DNA of 53,240 bases, taken from contig JANWHF010000094.1 in assembly GCA_025450555.1 (NCBI GenBank), forward strand, positions 1-53,240. The letters are read 5' to 3'. The DNA comes from Tepidisphaeraceae bacterium (GTDB taxonomy: Bacteria > Planctomycetota > Phycisphaerae > Tepidisphaerales > Tepidisphaeraceae). The position numbers were made by a program, and so were the translations under genes. Position 1 is the stretch's first letter; every line of letters starts with the position of its first letter. The notes beneath the pieces are model-generated. The model saw only the letters and a list, made by a program, of their open reading frames with translations. It had not been told where the DNA came from and did not search any database. This document shows, in pieces, positions 36,086 through 44,565 of this stretch.

Positions 36086-36217
36086 TCGGCTGAGGACGCC
36101 GAAGCGCAGTCCTATCAATATAGACCATTTCCCGCCGCTGCCTACCGTCAAAAGCTCTATTGCCGCGAATCGCAAAGACTCGCGAATTCGTAATTAAAGG
36201 TGATAACTATCTGAAAT

Positions 36218-37318
36218 TTATGCAGTTACCTTCGAAGCAAGCCGACTGCCTTCGGCCGCCCGGCGCAGAGCACCTTCAAAGATATCGGTCGCATCATTCC
36301 AGCTATATCGGCTTACGGTCATATAAGCCTTGTCCGACATTTCCCGCCAGCTGGGGCCATCCATCTGCGCGATCTGCTCTATTGCGCGGGCCATGCTTGC
36401 AGGATCCTCATGCGGCACCAGAATTCCGCCCCCCTTCGAAAGCATATCCGGCGCAACGCCGGCCGGGGTTCCGATAACTGGCGTTCGACAAGCCATTGCT
36501 TCAAGAATTGGCAGGCCGAAGCCTTCAACCCGCGTGCCAAATAGCCAGGCATCGCACATTGCATAAATGTCGCGAAGCTGCTCGTCGGGGGCATTGTGAA
36601 AGAATTTCGCTCCCGATGGCAGCCGTAGATCGCGGCTGATCTCCGAGCTCCCAAACGATACGACTTTCAAATTCGCGATCTTCGATCGTGCCTGCTCGCA
36701 CGCGGCGATGACAAGGTCGCACCCCTTATTACGAAACGAGGTGTACGTGAAGCCAACCGTCGGCGTTGGCTGCTTGTCACGCGGAATCGCATGAAAACGC
36801 TCCAGATCGACAGCATTGGGCGCAATCGTCACATCTGTAAAATTGAATTTTTCACGCAGCAGATTGACCAGCCATTGTGCTGTCGTGATCTTGGGCATCG
36901 GAAGCCGACAGGTCGCATCGACGCGCTCTATTTGGCCCGCCCAAATCTCATAGTCCTGCATAAAGTGGATCTTGACGCCTTTGGACGGCGATAATTGCCA
37001 CACCCATTCAGCAGTTTCCCACCAGGTCGCAATCACTACATCCGCATCGGGAACATCGCTGTCGACGATCGGCCGCAGGCGATCGATGACACGATGGTTA
37101 ATATTTAGCCCACCAAAGTGGGAAACCCCGGGTCCTTGCCAAGGCCACTTTCCTTCGGTGAGAAGTTGGCGAAGCTGGCGACGAAATGGCGTTTTCTTGC
37201 GGGGGGTCGAGACGACCGTCACTTCATGTCCGCGCTGTCGCAGGCGCTGTGCGTAAATCGCGATGACGCGAATTCCGCCAGCCGCTCCGGCATGAGGAAG
37301 GACAAACGTGATCCGCAT
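36218..37318 (-). CDS. family 4 (GT-B) glycosyltransferase
   Basis: 'MRITFVLPHAGAAGGIRVI', 'CDAWLFGTRVEGFGLPILEAMACRTPVIGT' (EX7E region). First gene of the nine-gene minus-strand operon. Confidence 0.8.
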   Translation of the reverse strand: MRITFVLPHAGAAGGIRVIAIYAQRLRQRGHEVTVVSTPRKKTPFRRQLRQLLTEGKWPWQGPGVSHFGGLNINHRVIDRLRPIVDSDVPDADVVIATWWETAEWVWQLSPSKGVKIHFMQDYEIWAGQIERVDATCRLPMPKITTAQWLVNLLREKFNFTDVTIAPNAVDLERFHAIPRDKQPTPTVGFTYTSFRNKGCDLVIAACEQARSKIANLKVVSFGSSEISRDLRLPSGAKFFHNAPDEQLRDIYAMCDAWLFGTRVEGFGLPILEAMACRTPVIGTPAGVAPDMLSKGGGILVPHEDPASMARAIEQIAQMDGPSWREMSDKAYMTVSRYSWNDATDIFEGALRRAAEGSRLASKVTA

Positions 37319-37448
37319 AATGGAAACAATACTTCCCAGCGAGCATGGCTGTCAGCCGAGGACATCATAGCCACGCCGCGACCGCGCACCACTATACTGC
37401 GGGCCTTCTAAAAAGAGAGCGCCTTAGAACCAGCGATAAACCAACATC

Positions 37449-38465
37449 TTACCTGGCAGAATTGGATTCCGGAGCGCCTTCATTTCCGGCCGGCACAAAC
37501 AGCGTTCGATCGCGATTATCCTTCGGATCATCGACGCGCGGATAATCGCGCCAGAGCCAGCGAAGCATATCGGGCATGATCGCGCCGCCTTGCTTGTTGG
37601 AATGGGTGCCGATGCCCCAGGCGTAGTTCACGTCATAATGCTTCTCGGTCAGCGCTGCGACCATCTTGATATTCTGCGCATGCCAATCCCACTTGGGATC
37701 ATAGGTCGGCGCGCCACCACCTCGTGCACGTCGCACGCCACGATTATCGTTCAACCCATCCTGCAAGAAAACCCGGATCGGCTTCGTCGGGCTTTGGCGG
37801 ATCAGATCGGGATAAACATGGCCGCCGCGAATGTTGGTGAAGCTTCCGATGGTGCTGATGACCTTGTGAAATACGTCGGGTCGCTGCCATGCCACGGTGA
37901 AAGCGCAAATCGCGCCGGAGCTTGCCCCCGCAATCGCATGATCGTCGGGATTATCTGAAATGTTGTAGCTCTTGCGCAACTCCGGCATCAGCTCATCGAC
38001 GATCAGCTTCGCATACTGGTCGTTAAGCGAGTTGTATTCGATGCCACGGTCGTTAGTCCGATCACCCCATTCCTGATCGGTCGATTCGGTCTGCGTCGGC
38101 GTATGCCCCGGATTGATGAACACGCTGATCGTCACCGGCATTTCACGCCGATAAATCAAGTTGTCAAAAACATATGGGATTCGATATTCCCCCTTGAGCC
38201 CCACGAATGCATGCCCGTCCTGAAAGATCATCAAGCAGGCCGGCTTCGACTTGTCATATTGCGCCGGCACATAAACCCAGTAATTGCGCGTCGTATTGGG
38301 AAAAACCTTGCTGGCCAGCGTCAACGGCCCCACGATCTTCCCCTCCGGCACCCCGGGTTGCTTCTCCGAGTCCGGCCCAAGCTTGTAAACATTATCCAGC
38401 GGCGCCGCCATCGCGCACGCTTGAAAAACCAGCACCGTCATCAAAGATCTCACCAGCATCTTCAT
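37449..38465 (-). CDS. secreted alpha/beta-hydrolase, putative esterase (enterochelin-esterase-like)
   Basis: Signal peptide '[20 protein letters not shown]'. Nucleophile elbow 'IAGASSGA'. '[10 protein letters not shown]' and 'MIFQDGHAF' blocks are typical of the putative-esterase family. Confidence 0.65.
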   Translation of the reverse strand: MKMLVRSLMTVLVFQACAMAAPLDNVYKLGPDSEKQPGVPEGKIVGPLTLASKVFPNTTRNYWVYVPAQYDKSKPACLMIFQDGHAFVGLKGEYRIPYVFDNLIYRREMPVTISVFINPGHTPTQTESTDQEWGDRTNDRGIEYNSLNDQYAKLIVDELMPELRKSYNISDNPDDHAIAGASSGAICAFTVAWQRPDVFHKVISTIGSFTNIRGGHVYPDLIRQSPTKPIRVFLQDGLNDNRGVRRARGGGAPTYDPKWDWHAQNIKMVAALTEKHYDVNYAWGIGTHSNKQGGAIMPDMLRWLWRDYPRVDDPKDNRDRTLFVPAGNEGAPESNSAR

Positions 38466-38584
38466 GGCCGCCGTCCTGATTGAAAAAGGTTCCCATCGGG
38501 ATCAAACCCACATCGCCCGCGACTCTACCAGACGCCTCGCGCAGTTCAAATTGCGCCTCACGACGCACGATCGCGGAGACCAAA

Positions 38585-38652
38585 AGAGCCGCGCACGAAG
38601 TAAGCGGATTGGCGCGAGACTGCGGCAATCCGCTTTCTTCGTGCGCGGCTCT
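38585..38652. promoter_or_regulatory. 68-nt near-perfect stem-loop (16 bp + 1 mismatch + 10 bp, 14-nt loop) in a divergent intergenic region
   Basis: AGAGCCGCGCACGAAG-TAA-GCGGATTG [gcgcgagactgcgg] CAATCCGC-TTT-CTTCGTGCGCGGCTCT. On the minus strand it is followed by TTTGG. Confidence 0.7.
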
Positions 38653-38746
38653 CTGCGCGCAAACTGGAGCTTCAATTCGCGTTGATCGTTACCGACCTGG
38701 GTTGGAAATCTTCCGACCATTGAAGCTGCCACAATTGCGCAAGTGA

Positions 38747-39124
<378 letters not shown>

Positions 39125-39148
39125 CGGGTGGCAATGAGCGCAATCCGC

Positions 39149-40855
39149 TCAGTTGGCCTCGCGCCAAGGCGAGCGGTCGGTCCAGCTTTTCAGCGCTTCG
39201 CTCGCCCAAGCGGTCGATTTGTCTTTATGGCAGACAGTACACGCATTGGGCACCCCCAGGCGATCGGTCATCTCGGGATAGACAAAACGAAACGTGTGGC
39301 TGCGCACGTTCACGTCGCCCATGGTTTGCTCGATCTTGGGCATGTGGCATTCGATGCACTCATTTCCAGCGCTTCCGGCATGGTGATGCGTATGAGCCTC
39401 GATCGATGGAGCATGCGGACCATTGGGTGAACTTGGCCCGTGGCAATCGAGACACAATTCATTTGCAGGCTTGCGCAAGAGCGATTGATTGTCGGTGCCG
39501 TGCGCATCGTGGCAAGTGAAGCACGACACGCCATGCGTGTACATGAGGCTCGTGACATAATCGTTGCCTTGCATTCGATTCTTGTGCGCGGTTCCATCGG
39601 CGAAATGCGTGAAGGTGGTCTGGCCGAGCTTGTGATCTTCAAGCTTCCAAAAATCGCTCAACTTTTTGCCGACGTGATAGCCCACCGCCCAGTCGTAGTA
39701 GCGCCCCTCAATCGGATTGGTAAGCGGCCGACCTTGCGAGTGACAACCAATGCAGACGTCGTTGCCCTCGACGTAATCGAGCCTCGTCGGATTGACGATG
39801 TTAGACGCCATGGGGTTTTTGATGTGCTCACTGCCCGGCCCATGACAGCGTTCGCAGCCCACATTCCATTCGGTGACCGAGCGACTCATAACATCATAAT
39901 TGACTGAATGGCAGCCATCGCAGGTGCTGCCGGTCGGCCTTTTGAAATTGTCAGGCGGATAGTGCGCCGCCCACCAGTCTTCTTTTGCAAAATAAGGCTT
40001 CCACATCTTATGCGTCACGTCCCACTGCGCCGGCAGCGGATAGTAATCGTCGCCGATCTTCTTGAAATAACGCTGCTTCCATTTGCTCCCATACACAAAT
40101 GCGATGTCGTCAATCGTGAAGGTGACGAGGGGATTTTTTTTGGAAAGATCCGGAATGATCGCATCCGGATGCACCTTCGGATCTCGAACGACATTGGCCA
40201 TCAGCGTTGCTTTCCATCGGTCATAGACATCCTTATGGCATTGAGCGCAAGCGGTTGATCCAACGAAATGGGCCTCAGTTCGATGCGGCGATTCCATCGG
40301 AGGCGTTGAAGCCACGGGTGGAAAATTGCGAATGTAGGAAACGAGCTGCCAGGTCTGCTGATCGGCAAATTGCCAGCCCGGCATGCCGGTGTTTCGAACG
40401 CCATTGCGAATTAGATAAAAGAGTTCGCCAGCCGTTCTTCCGCTTGTCTTCTCACTGCGAAGATTGGCCGGCGATGGATACAGCCCGCCGCCCGCTTCGG
40501 TTTTTCCAAATCCGTCGTAGCCGTGGCAGATTTCACAATTCCTTTGATACAGCTCTCGACCCGCCGCCACATCGGAGCTGTCGGGCCTCGCATTGAGCGG
40601 GTTTCTGAGTTGCCGGGCTTCAGCCGGAATACCCCAGTTGACCAATTTGCCGGCCAGATATGCCTCAATGCTCGGCGCCTTTCTACGTGCAGTCATCCCG
40701 CCATGTGTGACGTAGAGATAAGCCAATCCAATCACGATCGCGCAAATCAAAACCAGGCTTCCGGCGACCGTCAGCGCCGTGCGCTTCCACGTGCGGAAAA
40801 ACAACCGCCGGCTCCGCCAGGTAAATCGAGAAAGGCTTCTGCGGCGTTTCATCAA
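39149..40855 (-). CDS. membrane-anchored nine-heme c-type cytochrome
   Basis: N-terminal TM anchor. Nine CxxCH motifs: CEICH, CAQCH, CDGCH, CERCH, CIGCH, CFTCH, CLDCH, CIECH, CTVCH. The first lies in a class-I-like module with 'NTGMPGW'. Confidence 0.85.
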   Translation of the reverse strand: MMKRRRSLSRFTWRSRRLFFRTWKRTALTVAGSLVLICAIVIGLAYLYVTHGGMTARRKAPSIEAYLAGKLVNWGIPAEARQLRNPLNARPDSSDVAAGRELYQRNCEICHGYDGFGKTEAGGGLYPSPANLRSEKTSGRTAGELFYLIRNGVRNTGMPGWQFADQQTWQLVSYIRNFPPVASTPPMESPHRTEAHFVGSTACAQCHKDVYDRWKATLMANVVRDPKVHPDAIIPDLSKKNPLVTFTIDDIAFVYGSKWKQRYFKKIGDDYYPLPAQWDVTHKMWKPYFAKEDWWAAHYPPDNFKRPTGSTCDGCHSVNYDVMSRSVTEWNVGCERCHGPGSEHIKNPMASNIVNPTRLDYVEGNDVCIGCHSQGRPLTNPIEGRYYDWAVGYHVGKKLSDFWKLEDHKLGQTTFTHFADGTAHKNRMQGNDYVTSLMYTHGVSCFTCHDAHGTDNQSLLRKPANELCLDCHGPSSPNGPHAPSIEAHTHHHAGSAGNECIECHMPKIEQTMGDVNVRSHTFRFVYPEMTDRLGVPNACTVCHKDKSTAWASEALKSWTDRSPWREAN

Positions 40856-41030
40856 ATGCAGCCTCTAGAAATGTAAAGCATCGGAACTTATTCCAACTTG
40901 CGGGAAATGTATCGCCATTCTTGCGGGCAATCCCGCCGATTGCAATTTTTGCGGCTGGCGCAGCCGAGTTTCGTGTATTCTCTTTGGAATAGACATCCGC
41001 GATCCACCATGTGGTTCCGCGTGGGACGGC

Positions 41031-41339
41031 TCACTTGTGGATGTCCTCCCGCACGTCCAGCCGATGCACGTCGGTCGATTTAGGCGCGTCAACGCAAACC
41101 TGCGCCTTTTGCCCACGAATGTCGATCAGGGATACTTTGGCCGTACGGCCCACCTTGATAGCAGCTTTCGGGGCGAGCGTCGCTGTCCATGAGTTCAGCT
41201 CGCCCCATTTTTCGACTGAGCTACACTTGACCAGAACTGAAACTTCACATGGGCGGACCTGCAGCACCGTGACGATGAATGTTCCATCTAATTCTTTAAC
41301 GACGATTGACTCGTCACGCGTTCGAAACAGTACGAGCAT
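41031..41339 (-). CDS. csrA: CsrA-like RNA-binding protein with internal partial duplication (102 aa)
   Basis: From the internal Met: 'MLVLFRTRDESIVV' (CsrA beta1) and a degenerate 'IVTVLQVRPCEVSVLV'. A canonical 'IKVGRTAKVSLIDIRGQKAQVCVDAPKSTDVHRLDV' follows (compare I.IG..I.I.VL.V.G.QVR.GI.APK...VHR.E.). Confidence 0.6.
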   Translation of the reverse strand: MLVLFRTRDESIVVKELDGTFIVTVLQVRPCEVSVLVKCSSVEKWGELNSWTATLAPKAAIKVGRTAKVSLIDIRGQKAQVCVDAPKSTDVHRLDVREDIHK

Positions 41340-41476
41340 GATATTCCCATCTTGTTTTCGCCCGGTTTGCTTTTCGAGCAGCCTGCACATCAGTAGAATA
41401 TCCGATGAGCAGTTGAGCGCCCATCGGGCACGCTGCATGTCTCGAGGGATTCATTTTCGCCGGCTGAAGACTATTC

Positions 41477-42847
41477 GTGCGATTGATCTACCGCACATTC
41501 CGATCGGCACTTCACGCGTTACGGCGTAACGTAATGCGTTCGGTGCTGACCTGCCTGGGCATCATCATCGGCATCGCCGCGGTCATCGCGATGATGGAGA
41601 TCGGAAAAGGATCCTCCTACTCGATCCAGCAGAGCATTCAATCGCTTGGGGCGAATGTCGTGCAGATCGATCCGAGTGATGTTGCCGTCAGCGGCGTCAG
41701 TAGCGGCGCCGGCGGCAGGCCGACGCTGACCCCCGCCGATTGCAATGCGATTCGCAACGAGTGCGACTGGGTTCACTTTGCCGCGCCGAGCGTCGATTGC
41801 CGCGCACAGGTCGTCTACGGCAAGCGCAACTGCGCCCCGCATAGAATCCTGGGCACCGTTCCCGATTACCTGGCGATCCGCGAGTGGCCACTCGAGGAAG
41901 GCGAGTTCTTCACGGACGCTGACGTTCGCCGGGCGGCGTGCGTCTGTCTGATCGGCCAGACGCCCGCGCGGATACTGTTTGAAGGCAAATCGCCCGTCGG
42001 CAAAGAAGTCCGGATCAAAAATGTCCGAATGCGAATCGTCGGCGTCCTCAGCCCAAAAGGCGCAAGCATGACCGGCATGGATCAGGACGATTTTCTCGTC
42101 GCACCCTGGACAACCGTAAAGTACCGGTTGTCCAGCGTCCGCGAGATTAACGATCAGACTACCAGCAGCACTTCGAACCTGAATGAAGTGAACACACTGA
42201 GCCAGCTCTACCCAACCAAAGAAGTGCAGCTCTATCCGTTGCCATCATCCCTGCAGGCGGTCGATGCACCGGTGCTGGTGCGATTTCCAGATATCGACGA
42301 TCTCTGGGTTTCGGTCCAGGCGCACGACAAGATTCCCCAGGCCATCTCCGAGATGCGCAAGTTGCTTCGGCAGCGGCACCGTATTCCAGATGGCGCTCCC
42401 GACGATTTTCGCATTCGCGATCTGACCGAATTCTCCGAAGCGATGGCCTCCACCAGCCGGGTGATGACCAACCTGCTGCTCTGCGTCGCGCTGATTTCCC
42501 TGGGCGTTGGCGGCGTGGGCATCATGAACATCATGCTTGTGTCGGTCACCGAGCGCACACGCGAAATTGGATTGCGAATGGCCGTGGGCGCCAGGCCCAA
42601 AGATATTCGCAGCCAGTTTCTGACTGAAGCCGTCCTGCTCTGCACCTTCGGCGGAATCGTCGGAATCGTGTTCGGCCGCGTGGCATCGATAGTCGTCAAT
42701 TCGTTTCTTCACTGGCGGACGATGCCATCGTCCGGGGCGGTCATCATTGCCGTCATCGTGTCAACGAGTGTTGGAATTGTTTTCGGCTATTATCCCGCAT
42801 GGAAAGCCTCGCGGTTGGATCCGATCGATGCGCTGCGATACGAGTAA
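41477..42847 (+). CDS. MacB/FtsX-type ABC transporter permease
   Basis: 'ALRRNVMRSVLTCLGIIIGIAAVIAMMEIG' N-terminal helix, about 250-aa periplasmic domain, then C-terminal FtsX block 'GGVGIMNIMLVSVTERTREIGLRMAVGARPKDI'. GTG start. Confidence 0.8.
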   Translation: MRLIYRTFRSALHALRRNVMRSVLTCLGIIIGIAAVIAMMEIGKGSSYSIQQSIQSLGANVVQIDPSDVAVSGVSSGAGGRPTLTPADCNAIRNECDWVHFAAPSVDCRAQVVYGKRNCAPHRILGTVPDYLAIREWPLEEGEFFTDADVRRAACVCLIGQTPARILFEGKSPVGKEVRIKNVRMRIVGVLSPKGASMTGMDQDDFLVAPWTTVKYRLSSVREINDQTTSSTSNLNEVNTLSQLYPTKEVQLYPLPSSLQAVDAPVLVRFPDIDDLWVSVQAHDKIPQAISEMRKLLRQRHRIPDGAPDDFRIRDLTEFSEAMASTSRVMTNLLLCVALISLGVGGVGIMNIMLVSVTERTREIGLRMAVGARPKDIRSQFLTEAVLLCTFGGIVGIVFGRVASIVVNSFLHWRTMPSSGAVIIAVIVSTSVGIVFGYYPAWKASRLDPIDALRYE

Positions 42848-42909
42848 GGAACTTCTCTATCCAGGTTTTAGCGCCCTTATTACCTTATTCACCCCTTTTA
42901 AACCCAAAC

Positions 42910-43062
42910 TCATCCGCCATGCTTGAAGAACTGCACCGCGCGTTCGTGTTTTTCTGCGGCTATGCGGGATTTGAACGTGCCGAGATTGCGGCGTTTGCCG
43001 GTCTTGGGATTTTTCTTGCGCGAGTAGAGGCGAAATTCGCCGGATGAAAGTTTGCGGATCAT
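42910..43062 (-). CDS. small basic conserved-looking protein (50 aa), not in ORF track
   Basis: MIRKLSSGEFRLYSRKKNPKTGKRRNLGTFKSRIAAEKHERAVQFFKHGG. The ATG overlaps the upstream stop as ATGA. A GGGGA sequence lies 8 nt upstream. Confidence 0.55.
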   Translation of the reverse strand: MIRKLSSGEFRLYSRKKNPKTGKRRNLGTFKSRIAAEKHERAVQFFKHGG

Positions 43063-43508
43063 TTTGATCCCCGATCCAGATCGATCAGTGGCAGGCCGAA
43101 TTCGGGGCGGAACGTCTTACGCAAGTGCGCTGGCGATTCAATGACGATCAGCTCTAGCGTCGGCCTGACGCGGCCACTTTTAAGATGGCCACCGTGCGCG
43201 GTGCCGTCGCGGCGGCCGACGCAAATATGGGCGTGGACCGAAGGCTTTCCCTGAGACTCGGCGACGTCGCCGATGAGACTCAAGACTTCCACCTGCTCAT
43301 TGATCTCGATCGGCAGATAGTTTTTGCTTTTCAGATCAAACCACGCAACCGTCACGTTTGCGAACGCGCCGATGCCCGTGAAATGGGCGGCCGACAGATG
43401 CTGCGATTGCGCAAAGTGCTCGAGCTCCTTCATGACTTCATCGTCGGAGTCGAAGATCAAAGCCCACTCGCGGCGGCCTTCGATGTCGCTGAGGATTTTG
43501 GATTTCAT
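43059..43508 (-). CDS. PPC (DUF296) domain protein
   Basis: 'HFTGIGAFANVTVAWFD', 'EVLSLIGDV', 'HAHICVGRRDGTAHGGHL..G.V.PTLELIV' matches the PPC/DUF296 pattern. Start is taken at MKSKIL. Confidence 0.7.
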   Translation of the reverse strand: MKSKILSDIEGRREWALIFDSDDEVMKELEHFAQSQHLSAAHFTGIGAFANVTVAWFDLKSKNYLPIEINEQVEVLSLIGDVAESQGKPSVHAHICVGRRDGTAHGGHLKSGRVRPTLELIVIESPAHLRKTFRPEFGLPLIDLDRGSK

Positions 43509-43527
43509 TGAGCTTGTCTCAAAGGGC

Positions 43528-44565
43528 TTAAACCGGAAGCAACTCATTTACTTTCTTCCGCACCTGTTTCCCATCCAACGTCAGCGCGGCCAGTCCAATT
43601 CCCGCCAGCAACAATCCACCGAGCAAACTAGTTCTATGCTTGGTCGCCCAAAGCTGGGGGCTGAAACTGTGGGAGATCTGATCGAACGGCCCATGTGCGC
43701 CGTAATCGCCCGTCACAGGTTTCCAGAAATTGTCTGGCTGATTGGGATCGGCCGGTTGTGGTAGCATGGAGCCGTCCCACCCGACCTTCGACAGATATTT
43801 ATCCAGCGTGCCGGGAATGATTTTTTCGCCCAGCGTCGCTTCGACGGTCGTGTAGCCGACCATGATTTCGCGACGATCATTTTCAGCGGCAAAGAGGATC
43901 GCGTCGGCGGCCACTTCCGGTTGGAAAATGGTTCCCGCCGGCCGGGCCTTGTGCGGCATCCGGTTCTTCGTCCAGACGAACTGTGTCGTGTTGAGCGCCG
44001 GCATGTTCACCATGGTCAGTCCGATATTGATCTTCTGATGCAGCAGCTCGGTGTGAAGCGATTCCATGAATCCCTGCAGCGCATGCTTGCTGGCGCAATA
44101 GGCGCTTTGCAGCGGGATCGAGCGAAACGCCAAGGCTGAGCCGACCTGAATGATCTTGCCGCGGTTCCGCGGAACCATCTTGTCCAGCGCGCAGCGAGCG
44201 CCGTGGACGGAACCTAAAAATGTCACATCGACAATGTGCCGAAATTCATCTGGCTCCATCCTGATGAATGGGCAGTACATCGACACCATGGCGTTATTGA
44301 TCCAGATGTCGATGGGGCCCAATTCATTCTCCGCTCGGTCGGCAGCAGCCTGGACCTGATCGAACTGCGCCACGTCGGTGCGCAAGACCAGCGCCCTTCC
44401 GCCGACCGATTCCACTTCCTCTTTGGCGCCTTCCAGCCCATCGGTGCCGCGGGCAAGTAAAGCGATCTTTGCGCCCCGGCGGGCAAAGACGCGGGCCGTC
44501 GCCCGGCCCACGCCGCCTGAAGCGCCGGTAATGACCACCACGGTATCGCGATCGACTCTTTTCAT
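43528..44565 (-). CDS. SDR family oxidoreductase with C-terminal membrane anchor
   Basis: 'VVVITGASGGVGRATA' (TGxxxGxG), 'NNAM', 'YCASKHAL' (YxxxK), terminal TM 'LLGGLLLAGIGLAALTL'. ATGA overlap with the upstream gene. The 86 N-terminal track codons are rejected. Confidence 0.8.
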   Translation of the reverse strand: MKRVDRDTVVVITGASGGVGRATARVFARRGAKIALLARGTDGLEGAKEEVESVGGRALVLRTDVAQFDQVQAAADRAENELGPIDIWINNAMVSMYCPFIRMEPDEFRHIVDVTFLGSVHGARCALDKMVPRNRGKIIQVGSALAFRSIPLQSAYCASKHALQGFMESLHTELLHQKINIGLTMVNMPALNTTQFVWTKNRMPHKARPAGTIFQPEVAADAILFAAENDRREIMVGYTTVEATLGEKIIPGTLDKYLSKVGWDGSMLPQPADPNQPDNFWKPVTGDYGAHGPFDQISHSFSPQLWATKHRTSLLGGLLLAGIGLAALTLDGKQVRKKVNELLPV

